Positions 21,466 to 31,011 are shown, counted from the first letter of the stretch. The stretch: DNA of 64,000 nucleotides from Patescibacteria group bacterium (GCA_028710985.1 JAQTTB010000001.1:523014-587013), one strand, 5' to 3'. The notes: generated from the letters alone by a model not told the origin. Numbers and translations: made by a program.

Positions 21466-22338
21466 ATGGCAAACACAAATAGTTTTACCGAAGAAGAGCA
21501 GAAGCGCACGAAATTACTCGCCTTGAGCTATTGGTATGTCACGCACAAGGTCAAGCTGCGCCGCGTCGGGCTGGGCATCCTAATCGGCATGGCCGCAATT
21601 TTTTGGCTGTACGCTCTCTGGGGAGTGCTGGATCTTTTTGTAATATCATATTCAAGATATAAGGCCATGATGAATGACCTAACTTCAGGGCCGGCTTATT
21701 CGCAGGAATGGATTCGCGTCAACGCGCCGCGGCCGATCGATGCGGGTACGGCCCGGGTTTTCCCGAGCGGCGAAAAATTTGATTTTTTGGCTAAAATTAG
21801 CAATGAAAGCCCGATATTTTGGGCCGAATTCAACTATAAATTCACCTTCGCGGGCGGCGAAACCACCCGGCGCCACGGCTTTATCCTGCCGACCGAAGAA
21901 AAATGGCTGGCTGAATTGGCTTTTTCCGGCACGGCCCGACCCGAGAGCGCCAAGCTTGTTTTGGAAGACGTCGCTCGGCATCGACTAGATGCGCACGAGG
22001 TTCCGGATTATGGGGAATGGAAAAATGAACGCTTCAATTTCAAAATTACGGATATTGCGCAGGAATCCGCACTTTCGCTCGGAAAAGGTACGGTCATGAA
22101 AACAAAATTTACGGTGCAGAATCTCTCGGCATACGGATACCGGAGCGTGGGGTTTTACGTCATCGCTTACCGTGGCGCTACGCCGTCCGGAGTAAATTTT
22201 GTCGCATTGAGTGATTTTCGCTCCGGGGAAACCCGCGCGGTTGAAGTAAGCTGGTTTGACAGTTTGGCGCAGGTAAGTAAAATGGAGATTGCGCCCGAAG
22301 TCAATATTTTTGACGAGGGCAATTACCTGCCGCTCTAA
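21466..22338 (+). CDS. Hypothetical membrane-anchored protein
   Basis: 290 aa with one TM near the N-terminus. A TTGGAA-17-GATATAAT promoter lies upstream. It sits immediately upstream of ftsW/rodA. Confidence 0.5.
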   Translation: MANTNSFTEEEQKRTKLLALSYWYVTHKVKLRRVGLGILIGMAAIFWLYALWGVLDLFVISYSRYKAMMNDLTSGPAYSQEWIRVNAPRPIDAGTARVFPSGEKFDFLAKISNESPIFWAEFNYKFTFAGGETTRRHGFILPTEEKWLAELAFSGTARPESAKLVLEDVARHRLDAHEVPDYGEWKNERFNFKITDIAQESALSLGKGTVMKTKFTVQNLSAYGYRSVGFYVIAYRGATPSGVNFVALSDFRSGETRAVEVSWFDSLAQVSKMEIAPEVNIFDEGNYLPL

Positions 22339-23430
22339 ATGTTTGTAAAACTAAAAAATTTCGACTGGATTTTGTTTGCTGCGGTTTTTTTATTGTGCTG
22401 TATCGGCCTCGCGGCTATTTATTCGGTGGCGCTCTCTCAGCAGGAACCGGATTTTTTTAATTTCAAAAAACAACTGGCCGTGCTCGCAGTCGGAGTAATT
22501 GTTATTTTTTTCATCGCCGCGTCCAATTATCGGTTGCTTCGGAATTACCGTCGGTTAATTTATATCGGCGGCCTCGCGCTGCTTGCCGGCGTATTGCTTT
22601 TTGGACAAACCATCCGCGGCACGACCGGCTGGTTCTCAATCGGCCCGCTCAATTTTCAGCCCGTTGAGCTCGCCAAGATTTGTCTCCTCGTGCTCATGGC
22701 GAGTTATTTGAGCGAGCGGAGCGGCATACATTTTGGTTTTAAACAGCTCGTTGCGGTTTCGGCGCTTGGCGGCGCGTATATTCTGCTTGTCATGGGCCAG
22801 CCGGACCTTGGTTCCGCCATGGTGCTTTTTTCACTGTGGTTCGGCCTGCTTTTTTTCGGCAATACCCGGAAAAGATTTATCGCCCTGATACTTGTCGCAA
22901 TTATCATGGTCAGTATCTTTGGATGGTTTTTTGGACTCCAGGATTTTCAGCGCGACCGCGTGCTTACTTTTTTGGACCCGGAGCGCGATCCACTCGGTCA
23001 GGGATATAACGTAACTCAGGCCGTAATTGCAATTGGCGCCGGCGGATTTTTTGGTCGCGGCCTGGGCTTCGGCTCGCAGTCCCAGCTGAAATTCCTGCCT
23101 GAAAGCCAGACTGATTTTATTTTCGCGGTCGTTGCCGAAGAGCTTGGACTCGTCGGGGTCGCTCTCATGATCGGTCTTTTTTCCATCGTACTCTGGCGTC
23201 TCTTTAAAATCTGTGCTAGGTCGGGCGATGATTTCAGCCTTTTTTTGGCGCTCGGCATCATTATTCTGCTCGCGACGCAGATCGGAGTGAACATCGCCAT
23301 GAATCTCGGCTGGTTCCCGGTCACCGGCATCACTCTGCCCTTCTTGAGCTACGGCGCCAGTTCGCTTCTTACTTTTCTCTTGATGATCGGCATTGCCGAA
23401 AGCATCGCGGTGCATGAGGCGCCGCGCTAA
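22339..23430 (+). CDS. FtsW/RodA/SpoVE family peptidoglycan glycosyltransferase
   Basis: 363-aa polytopic protein carrying the characteristic SEDS motifs. Confidence 0.85.
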   Translation: MFVKLKNFDWILFAAVFLLCCIGLAAIYSVALSQQEPDFFNFKKQLAVLAVGVIVIFFIAASNYRLLRNYRRLIYIGGLALLAGVLLFGQTIRGTTGWFSIGPLNFQPVELAKICLLVLMASYLSERSGIHFGFKQLVAVSALGGAYILLVMGQPDLGSAMVLFSLWFGLLFFGNTRKRFIALILVAIIMVSIFGWFFGLQDFQRDRVLTFLDPERDPLGQGYNVTQAVIAIGAGGFFGRGLGFGSQSQLKFLPESQTDFIFAVVAEELGLVGVALMIGLFSIVLWRLFKICARSGDDFSLFLALGIIILLATQIGVNIAMNLGWFPVTGITLPFLSYGASSLLTFLLMIGIAESIAVHEAPR

Positions 23431-23468
23431 CCCTGTCGCAATCGTGCGCATTCTGCTATCATATACCT

Positions 23469-23804
23469 ATGTTTAATTTCAACAGCCAATTTTCCCTGCC
23501 GGAGAATCTGAAGATAATGGGCAATTGTCCGCTCTGCGGGAGCTCGACGCAAAAGCTTGAGGCGCGCGTTTTGCGCGAAACGACCGAGAATCAGCTCGTT
23601 CATCTTCATTGCGCCGCGTGCCTTGGATCCGTCATTGCGCTTTTTATGGCCTCCGGAGTCGGGGTTGCCTCGTACGGCCTGATTACGGACTTGAGCTACG
23701 ATGATGTACTTAAATTCCGCAATTCCGACGAGCTCACCCTGGACCATGTGATTCGCGCCCACGAAGAGGTTGATTCTCCGCAATTTTTGGCTAAGATTTC
23801 CTAA
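23469..23804 (+). CDS. Hypothetical zinc-ribbon protein
   Basis: CPLCGSS...HLHCAAC CxxC pairs. Its support is modest: a 111-aa ORF between two genes with its own upstream spacing. Confidence 0.4.
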   Translation: MFNFNSQFSLPENLKIMGNCPLCGSSTQKLEARVLRETTENQLVHLHCAACLGSVIALFMASGVGVASYGLITDLSYDDVLKFRNSDELTLDHVIRAHEEVDSPQFLAKIS

Positions 23805-23865
23805 TCTTGACAGCCGGAGCGGATTCTGGTTAAATATAGGCACATTTTAAATATTTTTAGAGAAT

Positions 23866-24594
23866 ATGACTGAACTCACTTTAAACGTTAATAAGCGCGC
23901 CGACGGTGCCGACAAGGCCAGGGCCCTGGTCCGCCAGAGTTTGGTTCCGGGCGTTGTCTACGGACACGGCATTGCGAACCAAAATATTGTTTTAGAAAAA
24001 AACGTGCTGGAAAAAATATATAAAGCGGCCGGCGAAGCAAAACTCATTGATCTTAAAATCGGCGATGATAAGCCGGTCAAGGTTTTGATACAGGATATTC
24101 AGAGAGAACCGGTGCATGATATGCCGATTCATGTTGATTTTCGCCAGGTGCGCATGGATGAAAAAATTATTGCCGACATGGTCATCAAATTCATCGGCGA
24201 GTCGGCGGCCGTCAAAGAACTCGGCGGCACGCTGGTTAAAAATTATTACACCCTGCAGGTTGAATGTATGCCGAGCGAGCTTTCCAATGAGATCGTTGTC
24301 GATATTTCAAATCTCAAAAATTTTGAGGACGTAATTCGGGTAAAGGATCTTGCAATACCGCCGTCAATCCATGTTTTGGATGAGCCGGAGCGCAGCATCG
24401 CGGTGGTTAAGCCGCCGATGACCGAAGCCGAGATTGCTGAACTTGAAAAAGCGCCGGCCGCCGGCGTTGATCAGGTTGAAGTTGCCGCCAAGGGCAAGGC
24501 CCCGGAAGAGGGTGAAGAAGGCGCCGAAGAAGCCGCTCCTGCGGCTGGTGCGAAACCCGAAAAAGAAGAGCCAAAAAAAGAGAAAAACAAATGA
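23866..24594 (+). CDS. rplY: 50S ribosomal protein L25 (general stress protein Ctc form)
   Basis: An N-terminal L25 beta-barrel, a C-terminal Ctc-type extension and an acidic Lys/Glu tail. A TTGACA-17-TTAAAT promoter lies upstream. Confidence 0.85.
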   Translation: MTELTLNVNKRADGADKARALVRQSLVPGVVYGHGIANQNIVLEKNVLEKIYKAAGEAKLIDLKIGDDKPVKVLIQDIQREPVHDMPIHVDFRQVRMDEKIIADMVIKFIGESAAVKELGGTLVKNYYTLQVECMPSELSNEIVVDISNLKNFEDVIRVKDLAIPPSIHVLDEPERSIAVVKPPMTEAEIAELEKAPAAGVDQVEVAAKGKAPEEGEEGAEEAAPAAGAKPEKEEPKKEKNK

Positions 24595-25691
24595 AAATCG
24601 CGATCCGTGAGTTAGCAAACAAAATTTTTAAACACGCCGAAGATTCGGGTGCGGAACGACGAAGAAAGTTACTTCTCGCCGCGCTTGCTCTCGGCGTTGT
24701 TTTAATTTGCGCCGCGTCAGTCGGGACATATCTCACGGTCGCTTCGCGCTATGCCACGCCCGCGGTTTCCGATGAGCCGTCCTCGGCAGTGGCTGCGGAT
24801 ACCGCGCCGAGAACAATTGACGGCGTGATGGCTGCGGCCGGCCGCACGAATCTTGTACCCATTGCCGCGATGATTGAAAACCACATTGAATCGCGGCCGC
24901 CGTCCGGCATCTCGCGCGCGAGCCTGGTATTCGAAGCCCCGGCCGAGGCGGGCATCACGCGGTTCTTGGCGATTTTTGACCAGGATTTTTCAAGCGATGA
25001 AGTCGGCCCGGTCCGTTCGGCGCGCGATTATTATCTTGACTGGGCGGCCGAGTTCGGTGCGCTGTACGCGCATTGCGGCGGCAGTCCGCTTGCTTTGCAG
25101 AAGATTCCGTCATATCCGATTTTTGACCTGAACGAATTTTACAACGGCCGTTTTTTCTGGCGCGATAACGAACGCACGGCGCCGCATAATGTTTATTCAA
25201 ATTCCGATTTGCTCCGCCAGGCGGTTGAGGCCAAAGAGATGGACGCGGTCGCGGCTTACGAATCATGGCGCTTTAAAGACGATCAGCCGTCCGCTGCGCC
25301 GTCAGCGAATGAAATTACAATTAATTTTTCCACGCCCGCATATCTCACGCGCTGGGTCTACGCGTCCGGTACCAATGAATATGTGAGATTCCACGGCGAA
25401 GTTCAGCATATAGAAAAAAACGGCGACGCCATTAAAGCCAAAAATATCGCCATTGTCGTCACCGAAGCCACGGTGATTGATTACGAGGGCCGTCTGAATC
25501 TCCGCACCCTCGGCAAGGGCAAGGCCTGGGTTTTCCGCGACGGCGGCGCGCTTGAGGCGACCTGGCAGAAAGACGATATTCAGGACCGCCTGCGCTTCTA
25601 TGATGTCACCGGCCGGGAGATTGAATTCAACCGCGGCGTGACGTGGGTGGAAGTGGCAACCGACGCCTCTAAAATAAAATACTCAAAATAA
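24591..25691 (+). CDS. DUF3048 (YerB-like) domain lipoprotein/secreted protein
   Basis: An N-terminal TM/signal is followed by NLVPIAAMIENHIESRPPSGISRASLVFEAPAEAGITRFLAIF, typical of DUF3048. Confidence 0.55.
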   Translation: MKIAIRELANKIFKHAEDSGAERRRKLLLAALALGVVLICAASVGTYLTVASRYATPAVSDEPSSAVAADTAPRTIDGVMAAAGRTNLVPIAAMIENHIESRPPSGISRASLVFEAPAEAGITRFLAIFDQDFSSDEVGPVRSARDYYLDWAAEFGALYAHCGGSPLALQKIPSYPIFDLNEFYNGRFFWRDNERTAPHNVYSNSDLLRQAVEAKEMDAVAAYESWRFKDDQPSAAPSANEITINFSTPAYLTRWVYASGTNEYVRFHGEVQHIEKNGDAIKAKNIAIVVTEATVIDYEGRLNLRTLGKGKAWVFRDGGALEATWQKDDIQDRLRFYDVTGREIEFNRGVTWVEVATDASKIKYSK

Positions 25692-25699
25692 AAAAATAA

Positions 25700-25738
25700 A
25701 TGTATGGGTCGCATATATGCGCCCCGTACATTTATTTT
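25700..25738. terminator. Terminator hairpin tgtatgggtcgcatatatgcgccccgtaca (GCATATATGCG-loop family)
   Basis: Flanked by an A-run and a T-run. The plus strand gives the better pairing (U-G wobble). Confidence 0.55.
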
Positions 25739-26583
25739 CCCCACCCAATTACTCTCACCCGTCCGCACATATCGTCATACGGTTTAATCCGGTCGCGCGG
25801 GCCGATAAATTTGATTATTTTTTTGCCCTGCTCGGGATCAATTTCGAAATATGACTGCATGGAGTTGAGATTTGGCAAAATTTTCCGAATCTCGTTGATT
25901 AGCCGTCCGTAATATTTAAGTCCGTCTTTGCCGCCGTCAAGCGCGGCGCGCGGCTCGTATTTTTTCACATCCGCGGGGCACTCGCGCCACACCGCGGTCG
26001 GAAGATAGGGGAGATTGGCCACGATCAAAATATTGGGATTCTTTTTCCAGAATTCAATCGGCAAAGCCTTGAGCAAATCGGATTTTATAAAATCAATCTT
26101 TGCGCCAAGTTTTTTCGCGTTTTGTCGCGCGGTCTTAAGCGCGGCCGCCGAATTATCAATCGCAATGACTTTTACGCGCGGCTTGTTTTTGGCAATCGCA
26201 ATGGCAAGCGCGCCCGAGCCGGTACCTACATCGATTACGGCTGCGCGCGGATGTTTATTCAAATACTTCAACGCCAGGCTCACAAGCATTTCGCTTTCCG
26301 GCCGTGGAATAAGAACCTTTTTATTCACGCCGATCTTGAGTTTGTAAAAATATTTTATGCCCGTGAGATAGGCGACTGGCTCATGCCTGGTGCGGCGCCG
26401 AATTAACTTGGTAAATCGCGCCAGCTCCGGTGCTCGCAATTCTCTGTCCCGGTGCGCGAACAAAAAAACCCGGTCGCGTCCGAGCGCGTGCGCCAATAGA
26501 ATTTCGGCATCGAGATCTGGTGAATCAATATGATTCTGTTGTAAAATTTTCATTGCCCTGGAAAGGGCTTGGGTGATGGTCAT
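25732..26583 (-). CDS. prmC: Release-factor glutamine N5-methyltransferase
   Basis: Carries the SAM-binding DVGTGSGALAIAIAK and the NLPY (NPPY-type) motif. Confidence 0.85.
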   Translation of the reverse strand: MTITQALSRAMKILQQNHIDSPDLDAEILLAHALGRDRVFLFAHRDRELRAPELARFTKLIRRRTRHEPVAYLTGIKYFYKLKIGVNKKVLIPRPESEMLVSLALKYLNKHPRAAVIDVGTGSGALAIAIAKNKPRVKVIAIDNSAAALKTARQNAKKLGAKIDFIKSDLLKALPIEFWKKNPNILIVANLPYLPTAVWRECPADVKKYEPRAALDGGKDGLKYYGRLINEIRKILPNLNSMQSYFEIDPEQGKKIIKFIGPRDRIKPYDDMCGRVRVIGWGK

Positions 26584-26616
26584 ATCGTTATCATATCATG
26601 TTTATTGCATCATTCG

Positions 26617-26644
26617 GTAGGGGCGTATTGCAATACGCCCCTAC
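26617..26644. repeat. Perfect 28-bp palindrome GTAGGGGCGTATTGCAATACGCCCCTAC
   Basis: Read directly. It is a member of the GTAGGGGCG palindrome family. Confidence 0.7.
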
Positions 26645-26776
26645 AAGACGACCGCGCATTGACAACCCGGCGCGATTTTGGTACAAATCAATATCCCGCC
26701 GGAATATTTCCGGCCGGAAAACCATGGGTAAGGCTGGCGTCGCAATGCGGCGTTGGTAGGCCCAAGGAGGAAAGAG

Positions 26777-27388
26777 ATGTCCGAAAAGAAAATGATGAGT
26801 CCGAGGCAACTTCGCGAGCTCATGGCCGTGGTCAGCCGGCACCTGTCTATTCATCTGCCGGCCAAGGTGGCGCAGAGCGTGATCGACAAGCCCGGCGATT
26901 TGGAGTTTGAGCTCTGCGAGCTCTTCTGGCGCATCGCCGAAGCGAACGAGAAGGCAAGAAGGGCGGTGGAAGCGAAGCACATCATCGACTGCGACGCCGA
27001 CCCCTATCTGCTCGGCCTCTTCACCGTGGAAGAGCACCGGAGAAGCGGTCAGTTGGAGTGGGACCCGGACAAGGTCGTTCTTTACCTTTCCGATTTGCAG
27101 AGGGGTCGTAGTGTTGTCCAGGGCCACGCGCTCCGCAAGGAACTCCAAAATCAGTCGGTTCTGAACGCCTGCGTCCTGGATTACCTGCTCGTTCATCCAA
27201 ACCTCATTCCCATCATGTGGATGAGGATGCGGGTCTACTTCTGGGGTACGATTTATTGCGATCGAGAAGGTGACCTCTGCGTTCGCGGCCTCTTCTGGGA
27301 AGACGAAAAAGGGTGGTTCTGGCGCTACAAGCATCTTTCGCACGATTTCTACCGCGACGACACCGCGGCGGTTTCTGCAAGCGTCTAG
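26777..27388 (+). CDS. Hypothetical protein (higher-GC orphan gene flanked by palindromic repeats)
   Basis: An AAGGAGG RBS lies 7 nt upstream of an ATG at 26777. A private terminator (acccgtttgcattaaattgcaacgggtctttttt) sits downstream. No recognisable domain. Confidence 0.5.
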   Translation: MSEKKMMSPRQLRELMAVVSRHLSIHLPAKVAQSVIDKPGDLEFELCELFWRIAEANEKARRAVEAKHIIDCDADPYLLGLFTVEEHRRSGQLEWDPDKVVLYLSDLQRGRSVVQGHALRKELQNQSVLNACVLDYLLVHPNLIPIMWMRMRVYFWGTIYCDREGDLCVRGLFWEDEKGWFWRYKHLSHDFYRDDTAAVSASV

Positions 27389-27621
27389 TAGCGGCGCATT
27401 GCAATACGCTGCTACGCGCCGACCCCCTGACCCGTTTGCATTAAATTGCAACGGGTCTTTTTTATTTAAATGCGAGTAGGGGCGGACCCCTGCGTCCGCC
27501 CTGTTCGTCGGGCGTCCGCCCCTACCATTTGTCGTCACCAACAAACGGCCGGTCGTCGATTTTCACCGCGTAGGGGCGAACGGCCGTTCGCCCCTACCGT
27601 TGATCCGTAATACGCCCCTAC
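27388..27621. repeat. Cluster of GTAGGGGCG-family palindromes. The members are a degenerate copy at 27388-27415, a split copy at 27476-27535, a perfect copy at 27570-27597 and a half-site at 27607-27621. An intrinsic terminator at 27430-27463 lies among them.
   Basis: Read directly; the sequences are given in the findings. Confidence 0.65.
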
Positions 27622-27645
27622 CGGCGCAACCCCAATTCATTCCAT

Positions 27646-27673
27646 TTGATTTTAGGGGGAGGTATGATACAAT
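27646..27673 (+). promoter_or_regulatory. Promoter TTGATT-16-TGaTACAAT (extended -10) for the 27702 paralog
   Basis: Read directly. It lies in the duplicated leader segment. Confidence 0.4.
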
Positions 27674-27701
27674 AATATCAATTTAAAATTAAATTAAAAT
27701 T

Positions 27702-28421
27702 ATGGACAAAATCAACCCATCCATGCCCGGCGAGGCAAAAAATATGTCCGCGGTCTGGATAATCGTCGCCATCGTAATCGTCGCCGTCGCGCTCGGCGGA
27801 TTAATGTATTATTTTCAAACCCTGTCGCAAGAAAAATTCGTTGCGCAGGAACAGGCGATTAATGATTTGCGCGAAGAACTTGGTCAGCCGACGGTCGTGG
27901 CTGAGGAAGGGGTGGAAGAGGAAGGTTCGGCCGAGGAAGAATATCTTACCTTTGAATCCGAACCAGTTTCTGTTTTACCCGAGATATTCTCGTTTGAATA
28001 TGCCAAAGGTTGGCATATTTATCATGAATATGATCATGGATGGGGCGAGGAAAAAGAAATTAGCAAAATATTAGTTTCGCCTGACCCGCTTCAGATTGCG
28101 CTTGACGCCGAATATTTACCTCAAGTTTATATTCTTGTCGATTTTGACTCCGTGGATACTCTTGATGAGTTCGTCGATCGGAAGTATGGAGATTCGGTGG
28201 AAACGAGTGAGGACGTAATAATTGCCAACTATCCCGGAAAAAAGATACACGTTGTAGATGACAAGATCAGCGGAGAAGATATTGAGGTTTATGCCTTCGT
28301 ATCCCCCAATGCCGCGTATTCTATTTATATTTATTATCCCGGCATAAAACAAGCAAGCATTGACCTCCCGGCAGAATATCAGCGCATCATTGATTCATTC
28401 AAGATTGAGTCAGGCAGTTAA
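27702..28421 (+). CDS. Membrane-anchored hypothetical protein, paralog A
   Basis: The N-terminal 60 aa are near-identical to the 28631 gene (MDKINPSMPGEAKNMSAVWIIVAIVIV...QTLSQEKFVAQEQAI). An acidic linker and a divergent C-terminal domain follow. Confidence 0.55.
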   Translation: MDKINPSMPGEAKNMSAVWIIVAIVIVAVALGGLMYYFQTLSQEKFVAQEQAINDLREELGQPTVVAEEGVEEEGSAEEEYLTFESEPVSVLPEIFSFEYAKGWHIYHEYDHGWGEEKEISKILVSPDPLQIALDAEYLPQVYILVDFDSVDTLDEFVDRKYGDSVETSEDVIIANYPGKKIHVVDDKISGEDIEVYAFVSPNAAYSIYIYYPGIKQASIDLPAEYQRIIDSFKIESGS

Positions 28422-28432
28422 TCGCACGATTC

Positions 28433-28465
28433 AAAAAAGGCCGCGCGTTTATTGCCGGCCTTTTT
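28433..28465 (+). terminator. Terminator aaaaaaggccgcgcgtttattgccggccttttt
   Basis: Hairpin followed by a T-run after the stop of the 27702 gene. Confidence 0.55.
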
Positions 28466-28475
28466 GAATATACGC

Positions 28476-28545
28476 GCAGGGGCGTATTGTCGCGTAGGGG
28501 CGAACGGCCGTTCGCCCCTACCGTTGATCCGCAATACGCCCCTAC
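28476..28545. repeat. Nested palindrome. The outer arms are gcaGGGGCGTATTG ... GCAATACGCCCCTAC. The perfect inner palindrome GTAGGGGCGAACGGCCGTTCGCCCCTAC (28494-28521) is inserted between them.
   Basis: Read directly. Confidence 0.65.
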
Positions 28546-28569
28546 CGGCGCAACCCCAATTCATTCCAT

Positions 28570-28600
28570 TTGATTTTATCCGGGGGGGGGGTGGTATAAT
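28570..28600 (+). promoter_or_regulatory. Promoter TTGATT-19-TGgTATAAT carrying a G10 homopolymer (28582-28591) in the spacer.
   Basis: Read directly. The homologous position in the 27646 promoter has G5. Confidence 0.45.
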
Positions 28601-28630
28601 GCAATCAATAATTAAATCATTAAAATACAT

Positions 28631-29233
28631 ATGGACAAACTAAATGCATCCATGCCCGGCGTGGCAAAAAATATGTCCGCGGTCTGGATTATCGTCGCTA
28701 TCATCATCGTTGCCGCAATTCTCGGCGGAATGATGTATTATTTTCAAACCCTGTCGCAAGAAAAATTCGTTGCGCAGGAAGAGGCGATTGAGGCTCTACG
28801 CGCCGAGTTAAGCGAACCGGCCGCTTCAACTGCGGTAGAAGAAGAGGAGGCGGTTGCGGGAGATCAGGCCAAAGTCGAAGCAATTGATGAGCTTCAATAT
28901 GAAAACGATTATTATGGATTCAGCCTGTCATTCCCAGAGACATGGAGGGGCTATTCCGTTTATCATGAAGCCAATTCAATACATTTTGGTTTCGCGGCGG
29001 AGAAAGATCTCATGGCGATAGAAGTGATGGATTTGGAGGATTGGAAGATAATGAAAAAAGAATTGGATCTTCCGGGCCATGAAGCCGATGCGCTCTATAG
29101 CGCAGCCTACAGGGGCGAGAATGATAATTTCGCATTCTTTGGATGGGCGGCCCAAGACACGGTAAACGATGAGTTTATTCTTTCCAGAAGGATGGAAGTA
29201 GGGTCAATAATTAAAACGTTTAAAGCGAAATAG
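28631..29233 (+). CDS. Membrane-anchored hypothetical protein, paralog B
   Basis: MDKLNASMPGVAKNMSAVWIIVAIIIV...QTLSQEKFVAQEEAI. Tandem paralog of the 27702 gene. Confidence 0.55.
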   Translation: MDKLNASMPGVAKNMSAVWIIVAIIIVAAILGGMMYYFQTLSQEKFVAQEEAIEALRAELSEPAASTAVEEEEAVAGDQAKVEAIDELQYENDYYGFSLSFPETWRGYSVYHEANSIHFGFAAEKDLMAIEVMDLEDWKIMKKELDLPGHEADALYSAAYRGENDNFAFFGWAAQDTVNDEFILSRRMEVGSIIKTFKAK

Positions 29234-29242
29234 TTAAATAAA

Positions 29243-29285
29243 AAATCGCCCCGACGTTCACTTCATTCAGTCGGGACGATTTTTA
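29243..29285 (-). terminator. prfA terminator (hairpin tcgtcccgac...gtcggggcga plus U-run on the minus strand)
   Basis: The G-U wobble is satisfied only on the minus strand. Confidence 0.5.
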
Positions 29286-29310
29286 TTTTCTCAGTTCCCG
29301 ATTCACCGAT

Positions 29311-30381
<1,071 letters not shown>

Positions 30382-30394
30382 AAAAATAAATAAT

Positions 30395-30545
30395 GGATAT
30401 CCGCTCGTCGTCATTCCGAGCGAAGCCCCGATCGCAATCGGGGCAAAGCCGAGGAATCCCTTTTCTTCAATCCAGCCAGTCTGATTAAAGAGATTCCTCC
30501 GCTCATCCCCCGCGTTGCGGGGGACTCGGTCGGAATGACGAGCGT
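30395..30545 (-). ncRNA. Unclassified structured intergenic element between rpmE and prfA. A long-range stem encloses three hairpins.
   Basis: The outer arms are cgctcgtcgtcattccgagcga and ctcggtcggaatgacgagcg. The inner hairpins are gccccgatcgcaatcggggc, gaggaatc...gattcctc and cccccgcgttgcggggg. The strand assignment is an assumption from the flanking genes. Confidence 0.3.
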
Positions 30546-30552
30546 TGTATTT

Positions 30553-30575
30553 AAAAATCCCCGCGCGGGGATTTT
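30553..30575 (-). terminator. rpmE terminator aatccccgcgcggggattttt (minus-strand sense)
   Basis: Perfect hairpin followed by a T-run immediately downstream of rpmE. Confidence 0.5.
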
Positions 30576-30633
30576 GTGGGCGAGTGTAAGGGCGATTCAC
30601 GAATCGCCCAAAAACCGCCCGGCTGTAATTCAG

Positions 30634-30915
30634 CTATTTCTTGGCGGATTTTTTGGCAGTGGCGCGCTTGGCGCGTTTTGCTTTTTTGCCCTGTCGCGCG
30701 GCCGCGCTCGCGGTCTTTGCCTTAACCTTGGCCTGGAATTTTTCCACGCGGCGGGCGGTGTCCACGAGTTTCTGTTTGCCGGTATAAAAAGGATGGCACG
30801 CCGAACAAAGCTCAACATTGATTTCCGGCACGGTCGCGCCGGTTGTAAAGCTGTTGCCGCACGCGCAGGTCACGCGCGCATTCGGATAATAAGTTGGATG
30901 AATATCTTTTTTCAT
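30634..30915 (-). CDS. rpmE: 50S ribosomal protein L31
   Basis: [10 protein letters not shown]...CxCG...[10 protein letters not shown], with a Lys-rich C-terminal extension. Confidence 0.85.
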   Translation of the reverse strand: MKKDIHPTYYPNARVTCACGNSFTTGATVPEINVELCSACHPFYTGKQKLVDTARRVEKFQAKVKAKTASAAARQGKKAKRAKRATAKKSAKK

Positions 30916-31011
30916 AACAGCTCAAGTTTAGCATAAGCTAAATAATCATGCAAGTCTGGGTTTATAAAAAAAATCACCCCAAGAGACGGGGTGGAAAAGG
31001 CAGTTGATTGG

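Noticed and set aside
23427-23843. 138-aa minus-strand ORF overlapping the small zinc-ribbon ORF
   Set aside because: It overlaps the rodA/ftsW stop and the rplY promoter. No RBS. Judged spurious.
26777-27388. RAYT/IS200-like transposase between the palindromes
   Set aside because: The protein has no HuH motif and no conserved catalytic Tyr-containing C-terminal helix. Its function remains unknown.
26591-27544. 317-aa minus-strand ORF that overlaps the orphan gene
   Set aside because: It reads straight through two palindromic repeats (translated as VGAYCNTPL / VAAYCNAPL) and a terminator. It has no RBS, and the plus-strand ORF has a perfect RBS and a terminator. It is a typical GC-driven antisense ORF.
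26617-28545. CRISPR array interpretation of the GTAGGGGCG repeats
   Set aside because: The repeats are palindromes with variable centres and irregular spacing. Several are nested inside each other. There is no regular repeat-spacer periodicity and there are no cas genes.
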